From Auanema rhodensis (Eukaryota; Animalia; Nematoda): 64,000 nt of DNA. Below are positions 1 to 9,818 of this stretch, piece by piece. Below the pieces are notes generated by a model that was not told where the DNA came from, made no database searches, and saw only the letters and a program-made list of their open reading frames with translations. A program made the translations under genes and the position numbers. Where the stretch lies: NCBI GenBank assembly GCA_964057225.1, contig OZ059894.1, positions 11,780,001-11,844,000 of the forward strand, written 5' to 3'. The first letter of the stretch is position 1; each line of letters opens with the position of its first letter.

Positions 1-353
1 AAGTGTGGTTTGACAATCTTGACTGTACAGGTCATAAATGGCTCATATAAACTGTGGATTTACTCAACTTTTGGACTTATTTTTTTCTTATTCGAAGCGC
101 TGCACTTTTTTCTATTCTTTTTATTCAAATACTTGTATATAGTTTTATATGTACGGTTGCAAAGTTTCCGAATATTTTATATATTTTTATACAATAATTA
201 GGAGAAGGTTAATACAATGAAATCTCCCAACTTTACAGTGTTTGTATTGCTTACAGTATCTAGAACAACCACTCTTGTAATATTAGAGCACATATCAATC
301 AACAACTTTTTCTAGTTATCAAAGCTTTTTTATTTCTTCAAGATATTTCAAAT

Positions 354-364
354 AAAATATAAAA
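354..364 (-). terminator. Pol III oligo-T terminator after 5S (present after every 5S gene)
   Basis: Minus strand reads GCTTTTATATTTT at the 5S 3' end. Confidence 0.75.
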
Positions 365-482
365 GCTTACGACACCCGGGATTCCCAAGCCGTCTCCGAT
401 CCAAGTACTAACCGGGCCCAACGTTGCTTGACTTGCCAGATCGGACGGGATGGCGTACTTTCAACGTGGTATGGTCGTAAGC
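364..482 (-). rRNA. 5S: 5S rRNA
   Basis: Reverse complement GCTTACGACCATACCACGTTGAAAGTACGCCATCCCGTCCGATCTGGCAAGTCAAGC...GTGTCGTAAGCT, 119 nt, ends pair (helix I), followed by a T-run; closely resembles nematode 5S. Confidence 0.97.
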
Positions 483-723
483 AATGTTATATTCTTCATT
501 ATCAGTTATATCACTCTAAATCTTGTTGTTAATAGTTAGGACCACAAAGAAAACAACAGGAACAGTAACAAATGAAATGCCCAAACTTTACAGTGTTCGA
601 GTTATTTACAGTATCTAAGACTACCTCTGTCGTGTTATTAGAGCAAACATTCGATTAACAACAACTTTTTTTTAGTTATCAAAGCTTTTTTATTTCTTCA
701 AAAAATTTCAAATAAAATATAAA

Positions 724-842
724 AGCTTACGACACCCGGGATTCCCAAGCCGTCTCCGATCCAAGTACTAACCGGGCCCAACGTTGCTTGACTTGCCAGA
801 TCGGACGGGATGGCGTACTTTCAACGTGGTATGGTCGTAAGC
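724..842 (-). rRNA. 5S: 5S rRNA
   Basis: Identical to 364-482, 360 bp away. Confidence 0.97.
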
Positions 843-984
843 AATGTCATATTCTTCATTATCAGTTATATCACTCTAAATCTTGTTGTTAATAGATACG
901 ACCACAAAGAAAACAACAGGAACAGTAACAATAACAAAAAAAATTTTTTTTTCACCTATGTGTCTAAAGGTTAGCCATGTATCC

Positions 985-987
<3 letters not shown>

Positions 988-1030
<43 letters not shown>
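988..1030. repeat. (TA)n microsatellite, one per unit (about 17-32 repeats), absent only from the unit deleted at 13622
   Basis: Pure TA runs, e.g. 988-1030, 18495-18529, 22789-22853, 53877-53915. Confidence 0.98.
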
Positions 1031-1032
<2 letters not shown>

Positions 1033-1857
1033 ACAGTAAAAAGTCCAATCAAGAGAGAAATTTTTTCAACACATAGTTGTTTTTTTTTAAAATATCATTG
1101 TTTTTCCTCATAACTCGGTTTAAACTCGTTCTAACCCGTTGAAATACGTCTAGAAAGTCTTTATAACATGCATATGTATGATAGAACTTCATATTTATTG
1201 TAATAGAAAATTTTATTTTCAGACGTCTTGGTTAACAATGATATGTTTTACCCCCTTATAATTTTTATCATAATGTTCCTTATACGGAACGCTCAATGAA
1301 ACTTGCTTCCAGAAAAATTTCTTTCTATTTTTTCTTCATATGTACGTAGATACTATAGAGAACTATGATAGAAAACTTTAACATTCACGAAATCATCATT
1401 TCTCATTACGCTACGGAGGTTTAAAAAGCTGTGTTTTACCTTATAATAGACCGGAAAACCCTTGTGTTAAAACTGGACCGTTTTTACACATATAAAAATG
1501 TCCCGTATTCGGGACCCTAATGTAACTTTTGATTCCCTATATTTTTTTTCATGAAATTTACAATCTACTGTAGAAAGAAGAATTATTTTTATAAAAACTG
1601 TAAATTTTTGAAAAATGAAAACAAAACGAAAACAAAAACAACTTTTTTTTGAACATTTTCTCACACAAGGGTCCCCCCTTACCTACTTTTTTTCTCATTA
1701 CTCGTTTCAACCTCATCCGATCACTCTGCAAACATGTTTAATCGTTCTAACTTGTTGAAATACGTCTTAAAAGTCTAAACAACATGCATATGCATAATAG
1801 AAACCACCCGAATAGGCCCCCACGCACTAAACGAGATATATACATTACCAGTATAGT

Positions 1858-1897
1858 AATAGAACACATATTGAAGATTAATTCGATAAGAACAATT
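1858..1897 (-). pseudogene. Degenerate U2 fragment (nt 39-78) in the spacer of every unit
   Basis: aatagaacacatattgaagattaattcgataagaacaatt vs U2 aatggaacacatatcgaaggttaattcgataagaacgatt: 36/40 identical. Confidence 0.85.
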
Positions 1898-2212
1898 TAT
1901 TGACGTAGAGAATGTTTGTTCCGAAAAACTACAATATTAAACTATAAAAGTAACAAAAGCGTAGAGGCAGCAAAGACATGAATAAACATAAATGTAAATA
2001 CAGAATTACCAGGTAGTACATAAGTATGACAAAAAATTATAAGAAAGCCATGAAAATAGAAGGTTTGTGAACAAATGAGAGGTACATCTTTGATCGTATA
2101 GTCATTTCTAAACCGTTCGTATGCTGCAGCATCGTCATAAGCGTCACTCAAGTTGAATTTCCATGTGTACTACACGATTTTCATTCTTATTGTTACATTC
2201 TTTCCCTGAGGG

Positions 2213-2398
2213 AATGGGCCGTTCCCGCCAGCAGTGCAAGAGCGGGTCGACCCGTGAGGTGGAGCTAGCAAGCCAGCATCTACCTCAAGTCTCAAAAATC
2301 GGTTAACCTTATTGTGAACCAATGGAACACATATCGAAGGTTAATTCGATAAGAACGATTACTACACTTTGATCTTAGCCAAAAGGCCGAGAAGCGAT
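2213..2398 (-). ncRNA. U2: U2 spliceosomal snRNA
   Basis: Reverse complement starts ATCGCTTCTCGGCCTTTTGGCTAAGATCAAAGTGTAGTA (conserved U2 5' end and branch-point recognition GUAGUA). Stem IIa TATCGAA/TTCGATA, stem IIc TTAACCTT/AAGGTTAA, Sm site GATTTTTGA (nt 99-107), loop IV TTGCACT. 3' end approximate. Confidence 0.96.
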
Positions 2399-2435
2399 AC
2401 AGCATAGCCATGAGTATCAAAGACATCAAGCAAAT

Positions 2436-2466
2436 GTATCGTACTTGTTACGAGTGCACTCTCTCA
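2436..2466 (-). promoter_or_regulatory. Candidate U2 proximal sequence element (PSE) region
   Basis: Position only (about -40 to -68, where snRNA PSEs normally lie); contains the palindrome GAGTGCACTC at 2452-2461; I cannot match it to a known consensus. Confidence 0.3.
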
Positions 2467-2840
2467 TTTGAATATAAAAGTGTGGTTTGACAATCTTGAC
2501 TGTACAGGTCATAAATGGCTCATATAAACTGTGGATTTACTCAACTTTTGGACTTATTTTTTTCTTATTCGAAGCGCTGCACTTTTTTCTATTCTTTTTA
2601 TTCAAATACTTGTATATAGTTTTATATGTACGGTTGCAAAGTTTCCGAATATTTTATATATTTTTATACAATAATTAGGAGAAGGTTAATACAATGAAAT
2701 CTCCCAACTTTACAGTGTTTGTATTGCTTACAGTATCTAGAACAACCACTCTTGTAATATTAGAGCACATATCAATCAACAACTTTTTCTAGTTATCAAA
2801 GCTTTTTTATTTCTTCAAGATATTTCAAATAAAATATAAA

Positions 2841-2959
2841 AGCTTACGACACCCGGGATTCCCAAGCCGTCTCCGATCCAAGTACTAACCGGGCCCAACG
2901 TTGCTTGACTTGCCAGATCGGACGGGATGGCGTACTTTCAACGTGGTATGGTCGTAAGC
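2841..2959 (-). rRNA. 5S: 5S rRNA
   Basis: Copy of 364-482. Confidence 0.97.
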
Positions 2960-3200
2960 AATGTTATATTCTTCATTATCAGTTATATCACTCTAAATCT
3001 TGTTGTTAATAGTTAGGACCACAAAGAAAACAACAGGAACAGTAACAAATGAAATGCCCAAACTTTACAGTGTTCGAGTTATTTACAGTATCTAAGACTA
3101 CCTCTGTCGTGTTATTAGAGCAAACATTCGATTAACAACAACTTTTTTTTAGTTATCAAAGCTTTTTTATTTCTTCAAAAAATTTCAAATAAAATATAAA

Positions 3201-3319
3201 AGCTTACGACACCCGGGATTCCCAAGCCGTCTCCGATCCAAGTACTAACCGGGCCCAACGTTGCTTGACTTGCCAGATCGGACGGGATGGCGTACTTTCA
3301 ACGTGGTATGGTCGTAAGC
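3201..3319 (-). rRNA. 5S: 5S rRNA
   Basis: Copy of 364-482. Confidence 0.97.
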
Positions 3320-3461
3320 AATGTCATATTCTTCATTATCAGTTATATCACTCTAAATCTTGTTGTTAATAGATACGACCACAAAGAAAACAACAGGAAC
3401 AGTAACAATAACAAAAAAAATTTTTTTTTCACCTATGTGTCTAAAGGTTAGCCATGTATCC

Positions 3462-3513
<52 letters not shown>

Positions 3514-4693
3514 ACAGTAAAAAGTCCAATCAAGAGAGAAATTTTTTCAACACATAGTTTTTTTTTTTTTAAATATCATTGTTTTTCCTCATAACTCGGT
3601 TTAAACTCGTTCTAACCCGTTGAAATACGTCTAGAAAGTCTTTATAACATGCATATGTATGATAGAACTTCATATTTATTGTAATAGAAAATTTTATTTT
3701 CAGACGTCTTGGTTAACAATGATATGTTTTACCCCCTTATAATTTTTATCATAATGTTCCTTATACGGAACGCTCAATGAAACTTGCTTCCAGAAAAATT
3801 TCTTTCTATTTTTTCTTCATATGTACGTAGATACTATAGAGAACTATGATAGAAAACTTTAACATTCACGAAATCATCATTTCTCATTACGCTACGGAGG
3901 TTTAAAAAGCTGTGTTTTACCTTATAATAGACCGGAAAACCCTTGTGTTAAAACTGGACCGTTTTTACACATATAAAAATGTCCCGTATTCGGGACCCTA
4001 ATGTAACTTTTGATTCCCTATATTTTTTTTCATGAAATTTACAATCTACTGTAGAAAGAAGAATTATTTTTATAAAAACTGTAAATTTTTGAAAAATGAA
4101 AACAAAACGAAAACAAAAACAACTTTTTTTTGAACATTTTCTCACACAAGGGTCCCCCCTTACCTACTTTTTTTCTCATTACTCGTTTCAACCTCATCCG
4201 ATCACTCTGCAAACATGTTTAATCGTTCTAACTTGTTGAAATACGTCTTAAAAGTCTAAACAACATGCATATGCATAATAGAAACCACCCGAATAGGCCC
4301 CCACGCACTAAACGAGATATATACATTACCAGTATAGTAATAGAACACATATTGAAGATTAATTCGATAAGAACAATTTATTGACGTAGAGAATGTTTGT
4401 TCCGAAAAACTACAATATTAAACTATAAAAGTAACAAAAGCGTAGAGGCAGCAAAGACATGAATAAACATAAATGTAAATACAGAATTACCAGGTAGTAC
4501 ATAAGTATGACAAAAAATTATAAGAAAGCCATGAAAATAGAAGGTTTGTGAACAAATGAGAGGTACATCTTTGATCGTATAGTCATTTCTAAACCGTTCG
4601 TATGCTGCAGCATCGTCATAAGCGTCACTCAAGTTGAATTTCCATGTGTACTACACGATTTTCATTCTTATTGTTACATTCTTTCCCTGAGGG

Positions 4694-4879
4694 AATGGGC
4701 CGTTCCCGCCAGCAGTGCAAGAGCGGGTCGACCCGTGAGGTGGAGCTAGCAAGCCAGCATCTACCTCAAGTCTCAAAAATCGGTTAACCTTATTGTGAAC
4801 CAATGGAACACATATCGAAGGTTAATTCGATAAGAACGATTACTACACTTTGATCTTAGCCAAAAGGCCGAGAAGCGAT
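4694..4879 (-). ncRNA. U2: U2 snRNA
   Basis: Copy of 2213-2398. Confidence 0.96.
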
Positions 4880-5321
4880 ACAGCATAGCCATGAGTATCA
4901 AAGACATCAAGCAAATGTATCGTACTTGTTACGAGTGCACTCTCTCATTTGAATATAAAAGTGTGGTTTGACAATCTTGACTGTACAGGTCATAAATGGC
5001 TCATATAAACTGTGGATTTACTCAACTTTTGGACTTATTTTTTTCTTATTCGAAGCGCTGCACTTTTTTCTATTCTTTTTATTCAAATACTTGTATATAG
5101 TTTTATATGTACGGTTGCAAAGTTTCCGAATATTTTATATATTTTTATACAATAATTAGGAGAAGGTTAATACAATGAAATCTCCCAACTTTACAGTGTT
5201 TGTATTGCTTACAGTATCTAGAACAACCACTCTTGTAATATTAGAGCACATATCAATCAACAACTTTTTCTAGTTATCAAAGCTTTTTTATTTCTTCAAG
5301 ATATTTCAAATAAAATATAAA

Positions 5322-5440
5322 AGCTTACGACACCCGGGATTCCCAAGCCGTCTCCGATCCAAGTACTAACCGGGCCCAACGTTGCTTGACTTGCCAGATC
5401 GGACGGGATGGCGTACTTTCAACGTGGTATGGTCGTAAGC
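5322..5440 (-). rRNA. 5S: 5S rRNA
   Basis: Copy of 364-482. Confidence 0.97.
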
Positions 5441-5681
5441 AATGTTATATTCTTCATTATCAGTTATATCACTCTAAATCTTGTTGTTAATAGTTAGGAC
5501 CACAAAGAAAACAACAGGAACAGTAACAAATGAAATGCCCAAACTTTACAGTGTTCGAGTTATTTACAGTATCTAAGACTACCTCTGTCGTGTTATTAGA
5601 GCAAACATTCGATTAACAACAACTTTTTTTTAGTTATCAAAGCTTTTTTATTTCTTCAAAAAATTTCAAATAAAATATAAA

Positions 5682-5800
5682 AGCTTACGACACCCGGGAT
5701 TCCCAAGCCGTCTCCGATCCAAGTACTAACCGGGCCCAACGTTGCTTGACTTGCCAGATCGGACGGGATGGCGTACTTTCAACGTGGTATGGTCGTAAGC
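5682..5800 (-). rRNA. 5S: 5S rRNA
   Basis: Copy of 364-482. Confidence 0.97.
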
Positions 5801-5942
5801 AATGTCATATTCTTCATTATCAGTTATATCACTCTAAATCTTGTTGTTAATAGATACGACCACAAAGAAAACAACAGGAACAGTAACAATAACAAAAAAA
5901 ATTTTTTTTTCACCTATGTGTCTAAAGGTTAGCCATGTATCC

Positions 5943-6000
<58 letters not shown>

Positions 6001-7180
6001 ACAGTAAAAAGTCCAATCAAGAGAGAAATTTTTTCAACACATAGTTGTTTTTTTTTTAAATATCATTGTTTTTCCTCATAACTCGGTTTAAACTCGTTCT
6101 AACCCGTTGAAATACGTCTAGAAAGTCTTTATAACATGCATATGTATGATAGAACTTCATATTTATTGTAATAGAAAATTTTATTTTCAGACGTCTTGGT
6201 TAACAATGATATGTTTTACCCCCTTATAATTTTTATCATAATGTTCCTTATACGGAACGCTCAATGAAACTTGCTTCCAGAAAAATTTCTTTCTATTTTT
6301 TCTTCATATGTACGTAGATACTATAGAGAACTATGATAGAAAACTTTAACATTCACGAAATCATCATTTCTCATTACGCTACGGAGGTTTAAAAAGCTGT
6401 GTTTTACCTTATAATAGACCGGAAAACCCTTGTGTTAAAACTGGACCGTTTTTACACATATAAAAATGTCCCGTATTCGGGACCCTAATGTAACTTTTGA
6501 TTCCCTATATTTTTTTTCATGAAATTTACAATCTACTGTAGAAAGAAGAATTATTTTTATAAAAACTGTAAATTTTTGAAAAATGAAAACAAAACGAAAA
6601 CAAAAACAACTTTTTTTTGAACATTTTCTCACACAAGGGTCCCCCCTTACCTACTTTTTTTCTCATTACTCGTTTCAACCTCATCCGATCACTCTGCAAA
6701 CATGTTTAATCGTTCTAACTTGTTGAAATACGTCTTAAAAGTCTAAACAACATGCATATGCATAATAGAAACCACCCGAATAGGCCCCCACGCACTAAAC
6801 GAGATATATACATTACCAGTATAGTAATAGAACACATATTGAAGATTAATTCGATAAGAACAATTTATTGACGTAGAGAATGTTTGTTCCGAAAAACTAC
6901 AATATTAAACTATAAAAGTAACAAAAGCGTAGAGGCAGCAAAGACATGAATAAACATAAATGTAAATACAGAATTACCAGGTAGTACATAAGTATGACAA
7001 AAAATTATAAGAAAGCCATGAAAATAGAAGGTTTGTGAACAAATGAGAGGTACATCTTTGATCGTATAGTCATTTCTAAACCGTTCGTATGCTGCAGCAT
7101 CGTCATAAGCGTCACTCAAGTTGAATTTCCATGTGTACTACACGATTTTCATTCTTATTGTTACATTCTTTCCCTGAGGG

Positions 7181-7366
7181 AATGGGCCGTTCCCGCCAGC
7201 AGTGCAAGAGCGGGTCGACCCGTGAGGTGGAGCTAGCAAGCCAGCATCTACCTCAAGTCTCAAAAATCGGTTAACCTTATTGTGAACCAATGGAACACAT
7301 ATCGAAGGTTAATTCGATAAGAACGATTACTACACTTTGATCTTAGCCAAAAGGCCGAGAAGCGAT
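7181..7366 (-). ncRNA. U2: U2 snRNA
   Basis: Copy of 2213-2398. Confidence 0.96.
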
Positions 7367-7808
7367 ACAGCATAGCCATGAGTATCAAAGACATCAAGCA
7401 AATGTATCGTACTTGTTACGAGTGCACTCTCTCATTTGAATATAAAAGTGTGGTTTGACAATCTTGACTGTACAGGTCATAAATGGCTCATATAAACTGT
7501 GGATTTACTCAACTTTTGGACTTATTTTTTTCTTATTCGAAGCGCTGCACTTTTTTCTATTCTTTTTATTCAAATACTTGTATATAGTTTTATATGTACG
7601 GTTGCAAAGTTTCCGAATATTTTATATATTTTTATACAATAATTAGGAGAAGGTTAATACAATGAAATCTCCCAACTTTACAGTGTTTGTATTGCTTACA
7701 GTATCTAGAACAACCACTCTTGTAATATTAGAGCACATATCAATCAACAACTTTTTCTAGTTATCAAAGCTTTTTTATTTCTTCAAGATATTTCAAATAA
7801 AATATAAA

Positions 7809-7927
7809 AGCTTACGACACCCGGGATTCCCAAGCCGTCTCCGATCCAAGTACTAACCGGGCCCAACGTTGCTTGACTTGCCAGATCGGACGGGATGGCG
7901 TACTTTCAACGTGGTATGGTCGTAAGC
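7809..7927 (-). rRNA. 5S: 5S rRNA
   Basis: Copy of 364-482. Confidence 0.97.
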
Positions 7928-8168
7928 AATGTTATATTCTTCATTATCAGTTATATCACTCTAAATCTTGTTGTTAATAGTTAGGACCACAAAGAAAACA
8001 ACAGGAACAGTAACAAATGAAATGCCCAAACTTTACAGTGTTCGAGTTATTTACAGTATCTAAGACTACCTCTGTCGTGTTATTAGAGCAAACATTCGAT
8101 TAACAACAACTTTTTTTTAGTTATCAAAGCTTTTTTATTTCTTCAAAAAATTTCAAATAAAATATAAA

Positions 8169-8287
8169 AGCTTACGACACCCGGGATTCCCAAGCCGTCT
8201 CCGATCCAAGTACTAACCGGGCCCAACGTTGCTTGACTTGCCAGATCGGACGGGATGGCGTACTTTCAACGTGGTATGGTCGTAAGC
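8169..8287 (-). rRNA. 5S: 5S rRNA
   Basis: Copy of 364-482. Confidence 0.97.
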
Positions 8288-8429
8288 AATGTCATATTCT
8301 TCATTATCAGTTATATCACTCTAAATCTTGTTGTTAATAGATACGACCACAAAGAAAACAACAGGAACAGTAACAATAACAAAAAAAATTTTTTTTTCAC
8401 CTATGTGTCTAAAGGTTAGCCATGTATCC

Positions 8430-8489
<60 letters not shown>

Positions 8490-9669
8490 ACAGTAAAAAG
8501 TCCAATCAAGAGAGAAATTTTTTCAACACATAGTTGTTTTTTTTTTAAATATCATTGTTTTTCCTCATAACTCGGTTTAAACTCGTTCTAACCCGTTGAA
8601 ATACGTCTAGAAAGTCTTTATAACATGCATATGTATGATAGAACTTCATATTTATTGTAATAGAAAATTTTATTTTCAGACGTCTTGGTTAACAATGATA
8701 TGTTTTACCCCCTTATAATTTTTATCATAATGTTCCTTATACGGAACGCTCAATGAAACTTGCTTCCAGAAAAATTTCTTTCTATTTTTTCTTCATATGT
8801 ACGTAGATACTATAGAGAACTATGATAGAAAACTTTAACATTCACGAAATCATCATTTCTCATTACGCTACGGAGGTTTAAAAAGCTGTGTTTTACCTTA
8901 TAATAGACCGGAAAACCCTTGTGTTAAAACTGGACCGTTTTTACACATATAAAAATGTCCCGTATTCGGGACCCTAATGTAACTTTTGATTCCCTATATT
9001 TTTTTTCATGAAATTTACAATCTACTGTAGAAAGAAGAATTATTTTTATAAAAACTGTAAATTTTTGAAAAATGAAAACAAAACGAAAACAAAAACAACT
9101 TTTTTTTGAACATTTTCTCACACAAGGGTCCCCCCTTACCTACTTTTTTTCTCATTACTCGTTTCAACCTCATCCGATCACTCTGCAAACATGTTTAATC
9201 GTTCTAACTTGTTGAAATACGTCTTAAAAGTCTAAACAACATGCATATGCATAATAGAAACCACCCGAATAGGCCCCCACGCACTAAACGAGATATATAC
9301 ATTACCAGTATAGTAATAGAACACATATTGAAGATTAATTCGATAAGAACAATTTATTGACGTAGAGAATGTTTGTTCCGAAAAACTACAATATTAAACT
9401 ATAAAAGTAACAAAAGCGTAGAGGCAGCAAAGACATGAATAAACATAAATGTAAATACAGAATTACCAGGTAGTACATAAGTATGACAAAAAATTATAAG
9501 AAAGCCATGAAAATAGAAGGTTTGTGAACAAATGAGAGGTACATCTTTGATCGTATAGTCATTTCTAAACCGTTCGTATGCTGCAGCATCGTCATAAGCG
9601 TCACTCAAGTTGAATTTCCATGTGTACTACACGATTTTCATTCTTATTGTTACATTCTTTCCCTGAGGG

Positions 9670-9818
9670 AATGGGCCGTTCCCGCCAGCAGTGCAAGAGC
9701 GGGTCGACCCGTGAGGTGGAGCTAGCAAGCCAGCATCTACCTCAAGTCTCAAAAATCGGTTAACCTTATTGTGAACCAATGGAACACATATCGAAGGTTA
9801 ATTCGATAAGAACGATTA
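9670..9818 (-). pseudogene. U2: U2 3' part (nt 38-186) downstream of retrotransposon copy 1
   Basis: U2 match stops at aacgatta|atggtttattg. Confidence 0.93.

Larger units (their letters stand above)
217..930. repeat. 360 bp 5S sub-repeat, two copies per unit
   Basis: 313-570 matches 673-930 with about 5 differences; 217-312 vs 571-672 is homologous but diverged. Confidence 0.93.

Noticed and set aside
1660-1715. Possible spliced-leader RNA gene (minus strand GGTTGAAAC...GTAG|GTAAG)
   Set aside because: No SL1 or SL2 resemblance, wrong leader length, no convincing stem-loops or Sm site, and the donor is absent from the paralogous spacer repeat. A divergent SL cannot be fully excluded without cmscan or RNA data.
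10-2151. Repeated 61-80 aa ORFs (MTILTV..., MLLIDT...YIYIYI, MRKCSK..., MSDAYD...)
   Set aside because: Non-ATG starts in a eukaryote, AT-rich low-complexity translations, and frames that change with (TA)n length. They recur only because the unit is repeated.
2168-2175. Second GTGTAGTA (branch-point recognition-like) 8-mer just downstream of U2
   Set aside because: Flanks do not match U2; a single 8-mer is plausible by chance; no insertions there.
2196-2216. Small hairpin TTCCC-TCA-GGGAA at the U2 3' end as a 3'-processing signal
   Set aside because: Only 5 bp, and I cannot match it to an established 3' box.
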